Origin: Nemertoderma westbladi
Lineage: Eukaryota; Animalia; Xenacoelomorpha
NCBI GenBank assembly: GCA_032718475.1
Contig: JAUCBJ010004025.1
Coordinates: 1 to 41,485, forward strand
Length of the DNA: 41,485 bases
Direction: 5' to 3'
The position numbers and the translations under genes were made by a program. Positions 13,500-25,198 of this stretch are shown in pieces (positions within the stretch are counted from its first letter, which is position 1; every line of letters begins with the position of its first letter). The notes under the pieces are model-generated. The model was not told where the DNA came from. It made no database searches and saw only the letters and a program-made list of their open reading frames with translations.

Positions 13500-15405
13500 T
13501 TCAGAAAAGTTATTTTTAAAACCCGTTTCTGAGGATTTCGTTTTTAAAAATCTACTTAGCCTATCAGCCTCAAAAAGTACTAGATCTAATACCTGCCCGT
13601 TTTCTTAAGGATGGTGCTGAAGTACTTAAAGTGCCTATTACTTTTATTATTAATTACTCTATCGTAGATAATGTAGTACCAGACGAACTGAAATTAGCTA
13701 AGGTTGTTCCTCTGTATAAAAAGAATAGTAAAGTAGAACCCTGTAATTACAGACCTGTTAGTATCTTAAGTATTGTATCTAAAATTCTAGAACGTTCTGT
13801 TTTTCTACAGCTGGAGGCACATCTTAGTAGGCTAAATCTGATCTATGAACTTCAGTCCGGTTTTCGTAAATCATATTCTACAGACACCTGCCTTATTAAC
13901 TTAACTGATACAATTAGATGTAATAACGCAAAGGGTTTATATACTGGTATGGTAATGTTGGACCTACAAAAGGCTTTCGATACTGTAGATCACGAAATTC
14001 TGCTTGGTAAGTTAGGCCTGATGGGTGTAGGTTCTATAGACTGGTTCAAGTCCTACCTGTCAGACAGAGGTCAAACTGTAGTCATTAGCAAATCGCAGTC
14101 TACTGTACAAGAGATTACCTGTGGGGTACCGCAAGGTAGTATATTAGGTCCTCTGCTTTTTGTATGCTATGTAAATGATATGATAAGTAGTATAGATCCC
14201 GATTTTAAACTCATTTTATATGCCGACGACAGTGCTCTTATTTTCTCTCATAAAGATCCTATCCATATTTCCCAAAAGTTAAGTGCAGTTCTAGAATCCT
14301 GTAATGAGTGGTTGGTTGATAATAAGCTATCCATTCACTACGGTAAAACTGAAAGTATTTTGTTTGGTTCCAAAAGAAAGTTAAAGAAGGTAACTAAGTT
14401 TGAAGTCACTAGTAATGGACATAAGATTGAAAATAAAAAGGAAGTTAAATATTTAGGCGCCACATTGGATAACTGCTTATCAGGAGAAAGTACAGTGAAA
14501 AATATTTTCTCGAAAGTTAACAGTAGGCTTAGGTTTCTATACAGAAATAAAAATAGTTTGAACACCGACTCCCGCAAGTTACTTTGCTCTTCTTTAATAC
14601 AGTGTCACATGGACTATGCGTGCTCTTCTTGGTATGAAGGCTTAACCAAACAGCTTAAATGTAAATTACAAGTAGCTCAGAATAAAGTAGTACGATTTAT
14701 TAAAGACTACAAACCTAGGCACCACCTAACTCCAGATGACTTTTCTGAATCTGGACTACTTAACTTAGATAGTAGAGTTAAGCAGCTACGCCTTAACCAT
14801 GTGCATAAAGTGTATAATGGTAAATGTCCCAATTACCTAAAACAAAAATTCAACAGAGTACGCGATACACACTCTTACAGTACCAGAGCTAGTGCTTCAA
14901 ACTTCTACCTCCCGAATTGTAAATCCTTTGAATCTGATACTTTCTTTTTTAACGGCATAAAAAATTGGAACGCTCTGCCTAATGAAATTAAAAACCTAAA
15001 TAATCAACATTCTTTTAAATCTGCAGTTAAATCTCATCTCCGTGTGCAATGTAAAAATAGGTACAATAGTCCTACAGTAAGTTATTAGTTTATTAATTAT
15101 TTACTATTTATACTGTAATTACGTTTTATAATAAATTGTTCTGTACATTACTGTACATCTTTATCGTTGAGTCGGGCATTGTCACGCTCTCGGTAAAGTT
15201 GTACATGTACATAGTGTAATTACGTTTTATATTGGTTTTAGGTTAGCGTAGTGTAATATTGTATTTGTAACCAAGTAACATAAAGGACCCCCTTGGAAAT
15301 AAGCTGCAAAGCTTTAGGGGTAATCCTATATGTTATGTTGGACAATACCTTTATACCGGTACATTGTTTGGTGTATTTGTTATTGTTTTTACATAATGTA
15401 TAAAC
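13500..15405 (+). mobile_element. CR1/L2-group LINE, 5'-truncated, with 3' UTR
   Basis: Contains the RT ORF; 3' stem-loop GGACCCCCTTGGAAATAAG...TAATCC at 15285-15326. Confidence 0.9.
13631..15088 (+). CDS. Reverse transcriptase portion of LINE ORF2 (485 aa uninterrupted, N-truncated)
   Basis: [46 protein letters not shown] motifs. Confidence 0.9.
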   Translation: MPITFIINYSIVDNVVPDELKLAKVVPLYKKNSKVEPCNYRPVSILSIVSKILERSVFLQLEAHLSRLNLIYELQSGFRKSYSTDTCLINLTDTIRCNNAKGLYTGMVMLDLQKAFDTVDHEILLGKLGLMGVGSIDWFKSYLSDRGQTVVISKSQSTVQEITCGVPQGSILGPLLFVCYVNDMISSIDPDFKLILYADDSALIFSHKDPIHISQKLSAVLESCNEWLVDNKLSIHYGKTESILFGSKRKLKKVTKFEVTSNGHKIENKKEVKYLGATLDNCLSGESTVKNIFSKVNSRLRFLYRNKNSLNTDSRKLLCSSLIQCHMDYACSSWYEGLTKQLKCKLQVAQNKVVRFIKDYKPRHHLTPDDFSESGLLNLDSRVKQLRLNHVHKVYNGKCPNYLKQKFNRVRDTHSYSTRASASNFYLPNCKSFESDTFFFNGIKNWNALPNEIKNLNNQHSFKSAVKSHLRVQCKNRYNSPTVSY

Positions 15406-17429
15406 TAGAACGCCATCAAGATGGCTTTAAACGAACCTGTCTTACACAGACTCCAAGAAACAGATGGGATTGGAAGATGCAAACCAAGAATGACTTGCAT
15501 CAACCAAAAAACTGCCTCCCATTTAATGTAATACACATTCGCCTAGGCAAACAAATCATAATCACAATTGCTACGATGATGTGTGAAATGGTATCCATAT
15601 CCGCAACCTGAGAAACGGCCCAAAAGAGCAGTTTATTCTGCGGAGGGGTCTTTCTGAATTAGATAAATAAAATAAAGAACACTATAATTACAGTATTTAT
15701 ACCTGATACATTCTCAGTTAGCCTAATAAAAACATCGGAGCAACCAATATAATGTACATGTACAAGCATCCTATGAAAGTTTGTGAAATGTTCCCTTAAG
15801 TCTACCCAACAGCCGTTGGTACCCGGCTGGCAGCCACCCTGGTTCAGTTTTATGGTTTTGTTAGTTTAATCGACAGCTGTTGTAAACGTCCCAGATATAC
15901 AAAACCTACTAAGCCTTTGCATTACAATTGAGCTTAGCCTAAGTTGATGACAGTATTATAACGATGACAATTAGGCCCTATAGATACATACGATATATAA
16001 ATGATGTACTGCTTGACATTACACTAACTGGCTGAATAGAGATAGAACTATAATAATACGTTTGGCATTCTGTCAGATTTCAGTAGTAAGTAACCTCATA
16101 ATAATTGCTAAATATCAATCACCTGAAAAACATTTCAAGCAAGGGAGTTGTGGGTATTTAATTTCGCGTTCAATAATGTTGAAAATATGCAAATATTTCG
16201 AATATCGCACTTCGAATCGTTCCCAACTTTTTTATTCAACAACTAGACAACAATTGATAAATACTTGCGTTTACAATTTTACAATGCATGCAAGTGGTTT
16301 CAAGCCATTTGGTGAACATACATAGTGAGTGATATAGTGACATATATAGGTAAATATATCCATCGTGTTTTTGCCGGCCTCAGCTTTAGACAAAAACTAC
16401 CCAGTCTAAAGACAGGTTCGTTATAAATCTATCTATATATGTCAGGTATAACTTATAGTACAGTATATAGAGTATAGGGTGGCCTAACCCCACACTTATG
16501 TTCTCATCATTACTTGTCAATTTTGACATGAGAAAAACTATTATATTTGTAATGTATTTATATTAACTGAACGGCACGGTGAATAAAAATTCCGCACGGT
16601 CAAAAGTTTCTAATTTACATTTTCGATTTTTATATTTAAAAAACACGACGTCTGGAAATATTTAAACACGTCAGGTAAATAAATGTCAATATTGACATGT
16701 CCATGTTAATGTTGACATGCCCCATCCTGGAGAAATTAGCATGTGAAATTGTCAAAATTGACAAGTCAATATTGACAAAGTGCCCGACTGATATATAGGT
16801 AGCATATACAGTAGGTAACAAAATGGCGACCATTAGGACCATTGCACTATGGTTGACGTAATGGATTGATACAAACCCTCCCATTGGCTGTCCCACATCA
16901 CGCCACGTGGCTATTTCTTGGGCTTTGTTGGCCCTGGCCTATTGTAGATAAGCTGGGTAGCTCAGCTTGCCCTGCCATAGCCACGTTAATCTCCCTTGGT
17001 TTCTCCTGTTTGACCCTTCCCCCCCCCCCCCCCCCCCTCCCCATTTTCTAGTGAACTGCTTAGCGGATTGAATCCGCTAACACAAGGAGTATAACCGTAC
17101 TTTATATCCCGCTGATAACATTAATTTCTACGGAAAACTTTTTCTCCCTTGGGATGTTATACAAGGAATCTTAAATTCAACAACTTCCTCTATATATACT
17201 GTAATCCTGATATAAATATAATTTTTAAGAATAAGGTTCTTTACAGTGTTCAGAATTATATAAATATATTTGCACTAACTCACAGCGTTCGTTCGTGTAT
17301 CTAACCACCTGAGATCATTACCCTGCCTTCTGTGCTACTTTAAACACAAGTTTATATATCCTTATTACTATGATTACTGATTTTAACAGTTTTTGACGAT
17401 TAATAAATCATTACAGGAAGGATTATTAT

Positions 17430-17532
17430 TTACTACTACTAGGATCGGCATGCTGCATTGCAGCTGCATTATATATATATATATATATATATATATTACA
17501 TATATATTAAAAATGATGTGCCGGCTTGTCGA
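17430..17532 (-). mobile_element. Very short 3' remnant of the RTE-like LINE with an internal (TA)n expansion
   Basis: TACTACTACTAGGATCGGCATGCTGC...TGTGCCGGCTTGTCGA is nearly identical to 7885-7950. Confidence 0.8.
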
Positions 17533-18063
17533 GACAGGTAGAGACAGATCTACAGAGGTACAGACAACAGTGGTAAAAAAAAACACCAATGGTACAGGGG
17601 TACCATTATAGTGTCTTACTATAGGTGAGCCTTACTTCCTTAGTTTGTGGCTCGCCCCACAAATTCTAAAGTTAAAAGTAACTGAAAAATGTGTAATCGT
17701 TTGTTACATTAACATGCGATAGACTTAGGTGGTCAGTATATAGCAGAGAGAGGCCAGTAGCCAGGTAAATGGTGTGGTATTACATTGAAGTAAGGAGGGC
17801 ACATGGCGTCATGGCCACACACTCAGGTTAATTTATGATCTGTCACTTCACAGTTACTAAAATAATTCCCCTTTTTCGCTTGGTTTTATTCCCACAGTGC
17901 AGTTTGGCAATATTCCGAACCCGTAAATGTGCGTTGCATTCCATTGATATATTATCGTATTCCACTTCCAAACTTACATGCCTCAACCGGCCATGCAACC
18001 ATTGCATTGCGTTGCGTTGAGAAAGCGTGTTGTAATTGACAAATATCATCATTCCTTCCAGCT

Positions 18064-18135
18064 GGGGACGTAGCTCAGTGGTAGAGCGCTCGATTCGCAT
18101 TCGAGAGGCCGCGAGTTCAATCCTCGCCGTCTCCA
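18064..18135 (+). tRNA. tRNA-Ala(CGC), intronic
   Basis: Full cloverleaf: acceptor GGGGACG/CGTCTCC with G3:U70, D stem GCTC/GAGC, anticodon stem CTCGA/TCGAG with loop TT-CGC-AT, T stem GCGAG/CTCGC, discriminator A. Confidence 0.95.
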
Positions 18136-18140
18136 GATTC

Positions 18141-18148
18141 TTTTTTTT
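18141..18148 (+). terminator. RNA Pol III terminator (T8)
   Basis: T run 5 nt downstream of the tRNA. Confidence 0.85.
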
Positions 18149-18537
18149 GCATAAATATTTTTTGTTGCGAAGGGAGAATAAATTATTTAAAACGTGATTA
18201 AATTATTATTTCTTCCTTAAATTCTTATTTAATTCTTATTATTTTCTAATGTAGCATATATGCGTAGTTCAAAAAATGTACGCAATCCCTCCAAGGCAAA
18301 AAATCCGAACGTGACTTTCGTTTAATGATCTTATTCATTATGAGTAACTTCTAGCGATATATTTATACTTAATGTAACGAGATTGTTTGAGGTTTCTAAA
18401 AGAGCGTTTACAAAGAAAGCGAGATAGTTCAGTTGTAGTATATAAAGCGATACTTACGTCCACTAAACTTCGCATATCGGTGTTGAGATTATTAAGGGTG
18501 ATATACCTACCCTCTAATGAGGTTTTTTTTAAATAGC

Positions 18538-20619
18538 TAAATACCTAATGCCGTGTTGTATATGGCGGTAAATACCTAATGCCGTGTTGTATATGGCGGT
18601 AAATACCTAATGCCGTGTTGTATATGGCGGTAAATACCTAATGCCGTGTTGTATATGGCGGTAAATACCTAATGCCGTGTTGTATATGGCGGTAAATACC
18701 TAATGCCGTGTTGTATATGGCGGTAAATACCTAATGCCGTGTTGTATATGGCGGTAAATACCTAATGCCGTGTTGTATATGGCGGTAAATACCTAATGCC
18801 GTGTTGTATATGGCGGTAAATACCTAATGCCGTGTTGTATATGGCGGTAAATACCTAATGCCGTGTTGTATATGGCGGTAAATACCTAATGCCGTGTTGT
18901 ATATGGCGGTAAATACCTAATGCCGTGTTGTATATGGCGGTAAATACCTAATGCCGTGTTGTATATGGCGGTAAATACCTAATGCCGTGTTGTATATGGC
19001 GGTAAATACCTAATGCCGTGTTGTATATGGCGGTAAATACCTAATGCCGTGTTGTATATGGCGGTAAATACCTAATGCCGTGTTGTATATGGCGGTAAAT
19101 ACCTAATGCCGTGTTGTATATGGCGGTAAATACCTAATGCCGTGTTGTATATGGCGGTAAATACCTAATGCCGTGTTGTATATGGCGGTAAATACCTAAT
19201 GCCGTGTTGTATATGGCGGTAAATACCTAATGCCGTGTTGTATATGGCGGTAAATACCTAATGCCGTGTTGTATATGGCGGTAAATACCTAATGCCGTGT
19301 TGTATATGGCGGTAAATACCTAATGCCGTGTTGTATATGGCGGTAAATACCTAATGCCGTGTTGTATATGGCGGTAAATACCTAATGCCGTGTTGTATAT
19401 GGCGGTAAATACCTAATGCCGTGTTGTATATGGCGGTAAATACCTAATGCCGTGTTGTATATGGCGGTAAATACCTAATGCCGTGTTGTATATGGCGGTA
19501 AATACCTAATGCCGTGTTGTATATGGCGGTAAATACCTAATGCCGTGTTGTATATGGCGGTAAATACCTAATGCCGTGTTGTATATGGCGGTAAATACCT
19601 AATGCCGTGTTGTATATGGCGGTAAATACCTAATGCCGTGTTGTATATGGCGGTAAATACCTAATGCCGTGTTGTATATGGCGGTAAATACCTAATGCCG
19701 TGGTGTATATGGCGGTAAATACCTAATGCCGTGATGTATATGGCGGTAAATACCTAATGCCGTGTTGTATATGGCGGTAAATACCTAATGCCGTGTTGTA
19801 TATGGCGGTAAATACCTAATGCCGTGTTGTATATGGCGGTAAATACCTAATGCCGTGATGTATATGGCGGTAAATACCTAATGCCGTGTTGTATATGGCG
19901 GTAAATACCTAATGCCGTGTTGTATATGGCGGTAAATACCTAATGCCGTGTTGTACATGGCGGTAAATACCTAATGCCGTGTTGTATATGGCGGTAAATA
20001 CCTAATGCCGTGATGTATATGGCGGTAAATACCTAATGCCGTGTTGTATATGGCGGTAAATACCTAATGCCGTGTTGTATATGGCGGTAAATACCTAATG
20101 CCGTGATGTATATGGCGGTAAATACCTAATGCCGTGTTGTATATGGCGGTAAATACCTAATGCCGTGTTGTATATGGCGGTAAATACCTAATGCCGTGGT
20201 GTATATGGCGGTAAATACCTAATGCCGTGTTGTATATGGCGGTAAATACGTAATGCCGTGTTGTATATGGCGGTAAATACCTAATGCCGTGGTGTATATG
20301 GCGGTAAATACCTAATGCCGTGATGTATATGGCGGTAAATACCTAATGCCGTGTTGTATATGGCGGTAAATACCTAATGCCGTGTTGTATATGGCGGTAA
20401 ATACCTAATGCCGTGTTGTATATGGCGGTAAATACCTAATGCCGTGATGTATATGGCGGTAAATACCTAATGCCGTGTTGTATATGGCGGTAAATACCTA
20501 ATGCCGTGTTGTATATGGCGGTAAATACCTAATGCCGTGTTGTATATGGCGGTAAATACCTAATGTCGTGTTGTATATGGCGGTAAATACCTAATGCCGT
20601 GTTGAATATGGCGGTAAAT
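18538..20619. repeat. 31-bp satellite (TAAATACCTAATGCCGTGTTGTATATGGCGG) x~67
   Basis: Visible repeat; the first half looks invariant. Confidence 0.98.
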
Positions 20620-21043
20620 GCCACTGTAATTATGTAAAATGTTAAGCCAACGACATAATTGATATTATTATCTCCCTCTAAAGGCGAGTCGCGAAATTAA
20701 ATATTTTCACTAAAAACGCGATTATTCCCTTATTTTAACCAAATTTTTAATACCAACTTTTATTTACTGACCACCTTCGGATCTACGAATACTCTAGACA
20801 GGGGATTGTTTAAACTGTAAATTGTTCTGCTTATTATCTATATCAGGTCACTCAAAATGTTTCATAGGTGATGACATTTAGCGGCTAAGACTTCCCTTCA
20901 AGGCAAAAATTTATCATATTGTGTGTTTGTAATTTGTTGCAAGCTAGATAGATGATTTCCCACTCTCACTCACTGAATTGAATAAAATCGAATATCTATT
21001 AGCTTAATGTAAATAACTGGTCAGCTCAATACCATTTTAGTTA

Positions 21044-22846
21044 TGTATAAAGCGCGAACCCAATCTCTGCAGCCAGTTAGATAGTCTGTATAAAGCGCGA
21101 ACCCAATCTCTGCAGCCAGTTAGTTAGTCTGTATAAAGCGCGAACCTAATCTCTGCGGCCAGTTAGTTAGTCTGTATAAAGCGCGAACCCAATCTCTGCA
21201 GCCAGTTAGTTAGTCTGTATAAAGCGCGAACCCAATCTCTGCGGCCAGTTAGTTAGTCTGTATAAAGCGCGAACCCAATCTCTGCGGCCAGTTAGATAGT
21301 CTGTATAAAGCGCGAACCCAATCTCTGCAGCCAGTTAGTTAGTCTGTATAAAGCGCGAACCTAATCTCTGTGGCCAGTTAGATAGTCTGTATAAAGCGCG
21401 AACCCAATCTCTGCAGCCAGTTAGTTAGTCTGTATAAAGCGCGAACCCAATCTCTGCGGCCAGTTAGATAGTCTGTATAAAGCGCGAACCCAATCTCTGC
21501 AGCCAGTTAGATAGTCTGTATAAAGCGCGAACCCAATCTCTGCGGCCAGTTAGTTAGTCTGTATAAAGCGCGAACCCAATCTCTGCGGCCAGTTAGTTAG
21601 TCTGTATAAAGCGCGAACCCAATCTCTGCAGCCAGTTAGTTAGTCTGTATAAAGCGCGAACCTAATCTCTGCGGCCAGTTAGATAGTCTGTATAAAGCGC
21701 GAACCCAATCTCTGCGGCCAGTTAGATAGTCTGTATAAAGCGCGAACCCAATCTCTGCGGACCAGTTAGTTAGTCTGTATAAAGCGCGAACCTAATCTCT
21801 GTGGCCAGTTAGTTAGTCTGTATAAAGCGCGAACCCAATCTCTGCGGCCAGTTAGTTAGTCTGTATAAAGCGCGAACCCAATCTCTGCGGCCAGTTAGTT
21901 AGTCTGTATAAAGCGCGAACCCAATCTCTGCGGCCAGTTAGTTAGTCTGTATAAAGCGCGAACCCAATCTCTGCGGCCAGTTAGTTAGTCTGTATAAAGC
22001 GCGAACCCAATCTCTGCAGCCAGTTAGTTAGTCTGTATAAAGCGCGAACCCAATATCTGCGGCCAGTTAGATAGTCTGTATAAAGCGCGAACCCAATCTC
22101 TGCAGCCAGTTAGTTAGTCTGTATAAAGCGCGAACCCAATCTCTGCAGCCAGTTAGTTAGTCTGTATAAAGCGCGAACCCAATCTCTGCAGCCAGTTAGT
22201 TACTCTGTATAAAGCGCGAACCCAATCTCTGCAGCCAGTTAGTTAGTCTGTATAAAGCGCGAACCTAATCTCTGTGGCCAGTTAGATAGTCTGTATAAAG
22301 CGCGAACCCAATCTCTGCAGCCAGTTAGTTACTCTGTATAAAGCGCGAACCTAATCTCTGCGGCCAGTTAGTTAGTCTGTATAAAGCGCGAACCTAATCT
22401 CTGCGGCCAGTTAGTTAGTCTGTATAAAGCGCGAACCCAATCTCTGCAGCCAGTTAGTTAGTCTGTATAAAGCGCGAACCCAATCTCTGCAGCCAGTTAG
22501 TTACTCTGTATAAAGCGCGAACCCAATCTCTGCAGCCAGTTAGTTACTCTGTATAAAGCGCGAACCCAATCTCTGCAGCCAGTTAGTTAGTCTGTATAAA
22601 ACGCGAACCCAATCTCTGCAGCCAGTTAGTTACTCTGTATAAAACGCGAACCCAATCTCTGCAGCCAGTTAGTTACTCTGTATAAAACGCGAACCCAATC
22701 TCTGCAGCCAGTTAGTTACTCTGTATAAAGCGCGAACCCAATCTCTGCAGCCAGTTAGTTACTCTGTATAAAACGCGAACCCAATCTCTGCAGCCAGTTA
22801 GTTAGTCTGTATAAAACGCGAACCCAATCTCTGCAGCCAGTTAGTT
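21044..22846. repeat. 43-bp satellite (TGTATAAAGCGCGAACCCAATCTCTGCRGCCAGTTAGWTAGTC) x~42
   Basis: Visible repeat with period 43. Confidence 0.98.
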
Positions 22847-23274
22847 GAACACTTTTATTTTTTACTGTATTTGACACAAATTAATTAGGCCTACAGGCAT
22901 TTCGGGTTTAGTAGATGGAAATATCGCCAACAGAATAATTAAATGGGTTTTGTCAACCAGAATTACTTTGATGTGGAATATCTGCATATCAATCACGAAT
23001 GGCTTGAGGACATCTTCTATATATAGGTGGGGATGACTAGAGGGTGTAGGGTGTATGGATGGAGGGTGGAGGGGTGGAAGTTTGCTCATACTGAGTGTAG
23101 CACCAATGTTACTGCCTTAATAACTCATTTGCATTCGCATCAGCTTCCTCATCTATTCCGATTTGACGATTTATTCACGTTCAACTTGATTTCCTTTTAA
23201 ATTTGTACAAATTGGCGCGATCACGAGACTCGAATTTCCCACATTAAATTACATTATTATATAGTGATAGAAAC

Positions 23275-23685
23275 CCCTGGTGATGAAAGGCATTCCTTTA
23301 GGAAACAGAGTGGAAGGGTTTGCTGTGGAAGATCACCCATGGATGTGAATAGGCAATCCTTTAGAAAACAGAGTGGAAGGGTTTACTGTAGAAGATTACC
23401 CATGGTGGTGAACAGGGATTCCTTTTCCTTTATGGAACAGTGTGGAAGAGTTTTCTGTAGAAGATCACCCATGGCGGTGAACAGGCATTCCTTTAGGAAC
23501 CAGAGTGGAAGGGTTTACTGTGGAAGATCACCCATGGCGGTGAACAGGCATTTCTTTGGGAAACAGAGGGGAAGGGTTTAGTGTGGGAGATAACCCATGG
23601 TGGTGAACAGGCATTCCTTTAGGAAACAAACATAGTGGAAGGGTCTACTGGGGAAGATCACCCAAGATAGTGATGGTTAGGCATT
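23275..23685. repeat. Diverged 63-bp tandem repeat x~6.5
   Basis: AGGCATTCCTTTAGGAAACAGAGTGGAAGGGTTTACTGTGGAAGATCACCCATGGCGGTGAAC units. Confidence 0.9.
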
Positions 23686-23944
23686 TTTTGAGTAATAAGC
23701 CTAAATGATTCTTACTTTCTAAATTGATCAATTTTGGATATTAATTGCGTTGTTTTTGAAGAACTTTATAATGGATTAATTATTTGAATTTCAATAGTGA
23801 TTTACAGAAGAACTTAAGCTATCATATCAACCAAAAACTTGTACAGAATTTACCATAAGACTATAATTTTAGAAATCTATCAGGCACGCAATTAAGTTTA
23901 ATATTTGACATAAATTTGTCATCTTTCCTTTTATTTTCTTTCAG

Positions 23945-24111
23945 CTCAAAAGATCTTATTCGCAACGCGATCTTAGACAATGACTTCCTCAAGAACTTGG
24001 ATCACGCACAAATACGTGAGATCGTTGATTGTATGTGCCCGTTGGAGTACGGAAGAGACATTAACATCATCAGAGAAGGCGAGGTTGGGGATAAAGTATA
24101 CGTGATGGAAG
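23945..24111 (+). CDS. PRKG1: PKG exon 2 (start of CNB-A)
   Basis: [19 protein letters not shown]...[14 protein letters not shown]; acceptor TTTCTTTCAG, donor G|GTAAGC. Confidence 0.96.
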
Positions 24112-24557
24112 GTAAGCCGTAAGCCGATATGCCTAATGTACTGTAGCCTTTAGCAAACAATGATTATTTATTACTGACTTGATTAATTGATTGTCCGGAA
24201 ACATATTTTAATTTATAATAAACAAAGTAAGAGAGTTACCGCTGTTACAACTATATATCTGTCCGTCTGTCTGCCGTTCTGTCAGCAAATCTTTGATGAA
24301 ATCAAACTAAACCTTGTACACATTTAATAAATAGTCCGTCGATTGTCTTAAATATAATTTACGTGGGGGCATCGGTTCTCCAGTCTCACCCTAGGGGGAG
24401 ACTGGAGCATCGGTTGAAATATTCGTACCATTACGTATCTTATTCTACGTGCGAAATAAATTCAATGTACTTGATAACCGGACCTGGTGTATTTCAACAT
24501 AAAATGTGTTTTTCTCTAAAATTATAAGATATTAACTTGCTATTCCTTTACTTTCAG

Positions 24558-24671
24558 AGGGTAAAGTGGAAGTTTCAAAGGATGGTAATAGACTGACAAC
24601 AATGATGCCAGGAAAGGTATTTGGTGAATTGGCTATATTGTACAACTGCACCCGAACTGCAACAGTCAAAG
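24558..24671 (+). CDS. PRKG1: PKG exon 3 (CNB-A phosphate-binding cassette)
   Basis: [38 protein letters not shown]; acceptor CTTTCAG; donor AAG|GCAAGT. Confidence 0.96.
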
Positions 24672-24901
24672 GCAAGTGGCTAACAAGATTAATATACAAC
24701 GCAATGGCGCAAAAATAATGGGAGAGTATCAGGTTACCGTGCCAGTGTCTAAATTTATCAGCAATCAATTTTCGTATGAGATATCTTTTTTCAATTTCGG
24801 TCAATGCGCCACTATATGCCTTTTATAATTTATTATTGGTGTTTTGGGTGAATTATTGGTTTCATATTATTATACCTTTTTGTTGGGCACAGCTTTTGCA
24901 A

Positions 24902-25070
24902 AGTCGGCAATGACGTCCAGGAGGGATCGAACTGGTGACCCCCGGGTTGGAAGTCTGACGCTCTAACCATTCTACTAGCGGCTCAGGTAAAAGGTAGACC
25001 TAGAAATACTACCTGATACCTTGTGTGACCGTAATTTACCTCCTCATGGACTCCCCCATCTGTCAATACC
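24902..25070 (-). repeat. Left arm of ~170-bp inverted repeat containing a tRNA-like (A/B box) segment
   Basis: Reverse complement matches 27711-27880 (TAGTRGAATGGTTAGAG, GACTTCCAACCCGG, AGTTCGATCCC). Confidence 0.85.
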
Positions 25071-25160
25071 CTGATCTCATTCACCCATAACACCAATATT
25101 AAGTTATAAAATATACCGGTGGCATTTCTCTATGGGTGTAACTGTCCTACCTAAATTAGT

Positions 25161-25166
25161 CAGATG

Positions 25167-25198
<32 letters not shown>

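Noticed and set aside
16850-17082. Second LTR ending in AGCGGATTGAATCCGCTAACA, similar to the 27888 terminus
   Set aside because: The other end and a TSD could not be identified.
18538-22846. 31- and 43-bp arrays as CRISPR arrays
   Set aside because: Head-to-tail repeats with no unique spacers, no cas genes, and a spliceosomal eukaryotic context.
23264-23581. 105-aa ORF with 21-aa repeats as an alternative PKG first exon
   Set aside because: Translation of the 63-bp repeat; GTG start, no zipper or pseudosubstrate motif, and no convincing phase-2 donor identified.
25167-25198. Long G/C homopolymers as functional G-quadruplexes
   Set aside because: Most lie in MITE or LTR subterminal regions, and homopolymer lengths are unreliable in assemblies.
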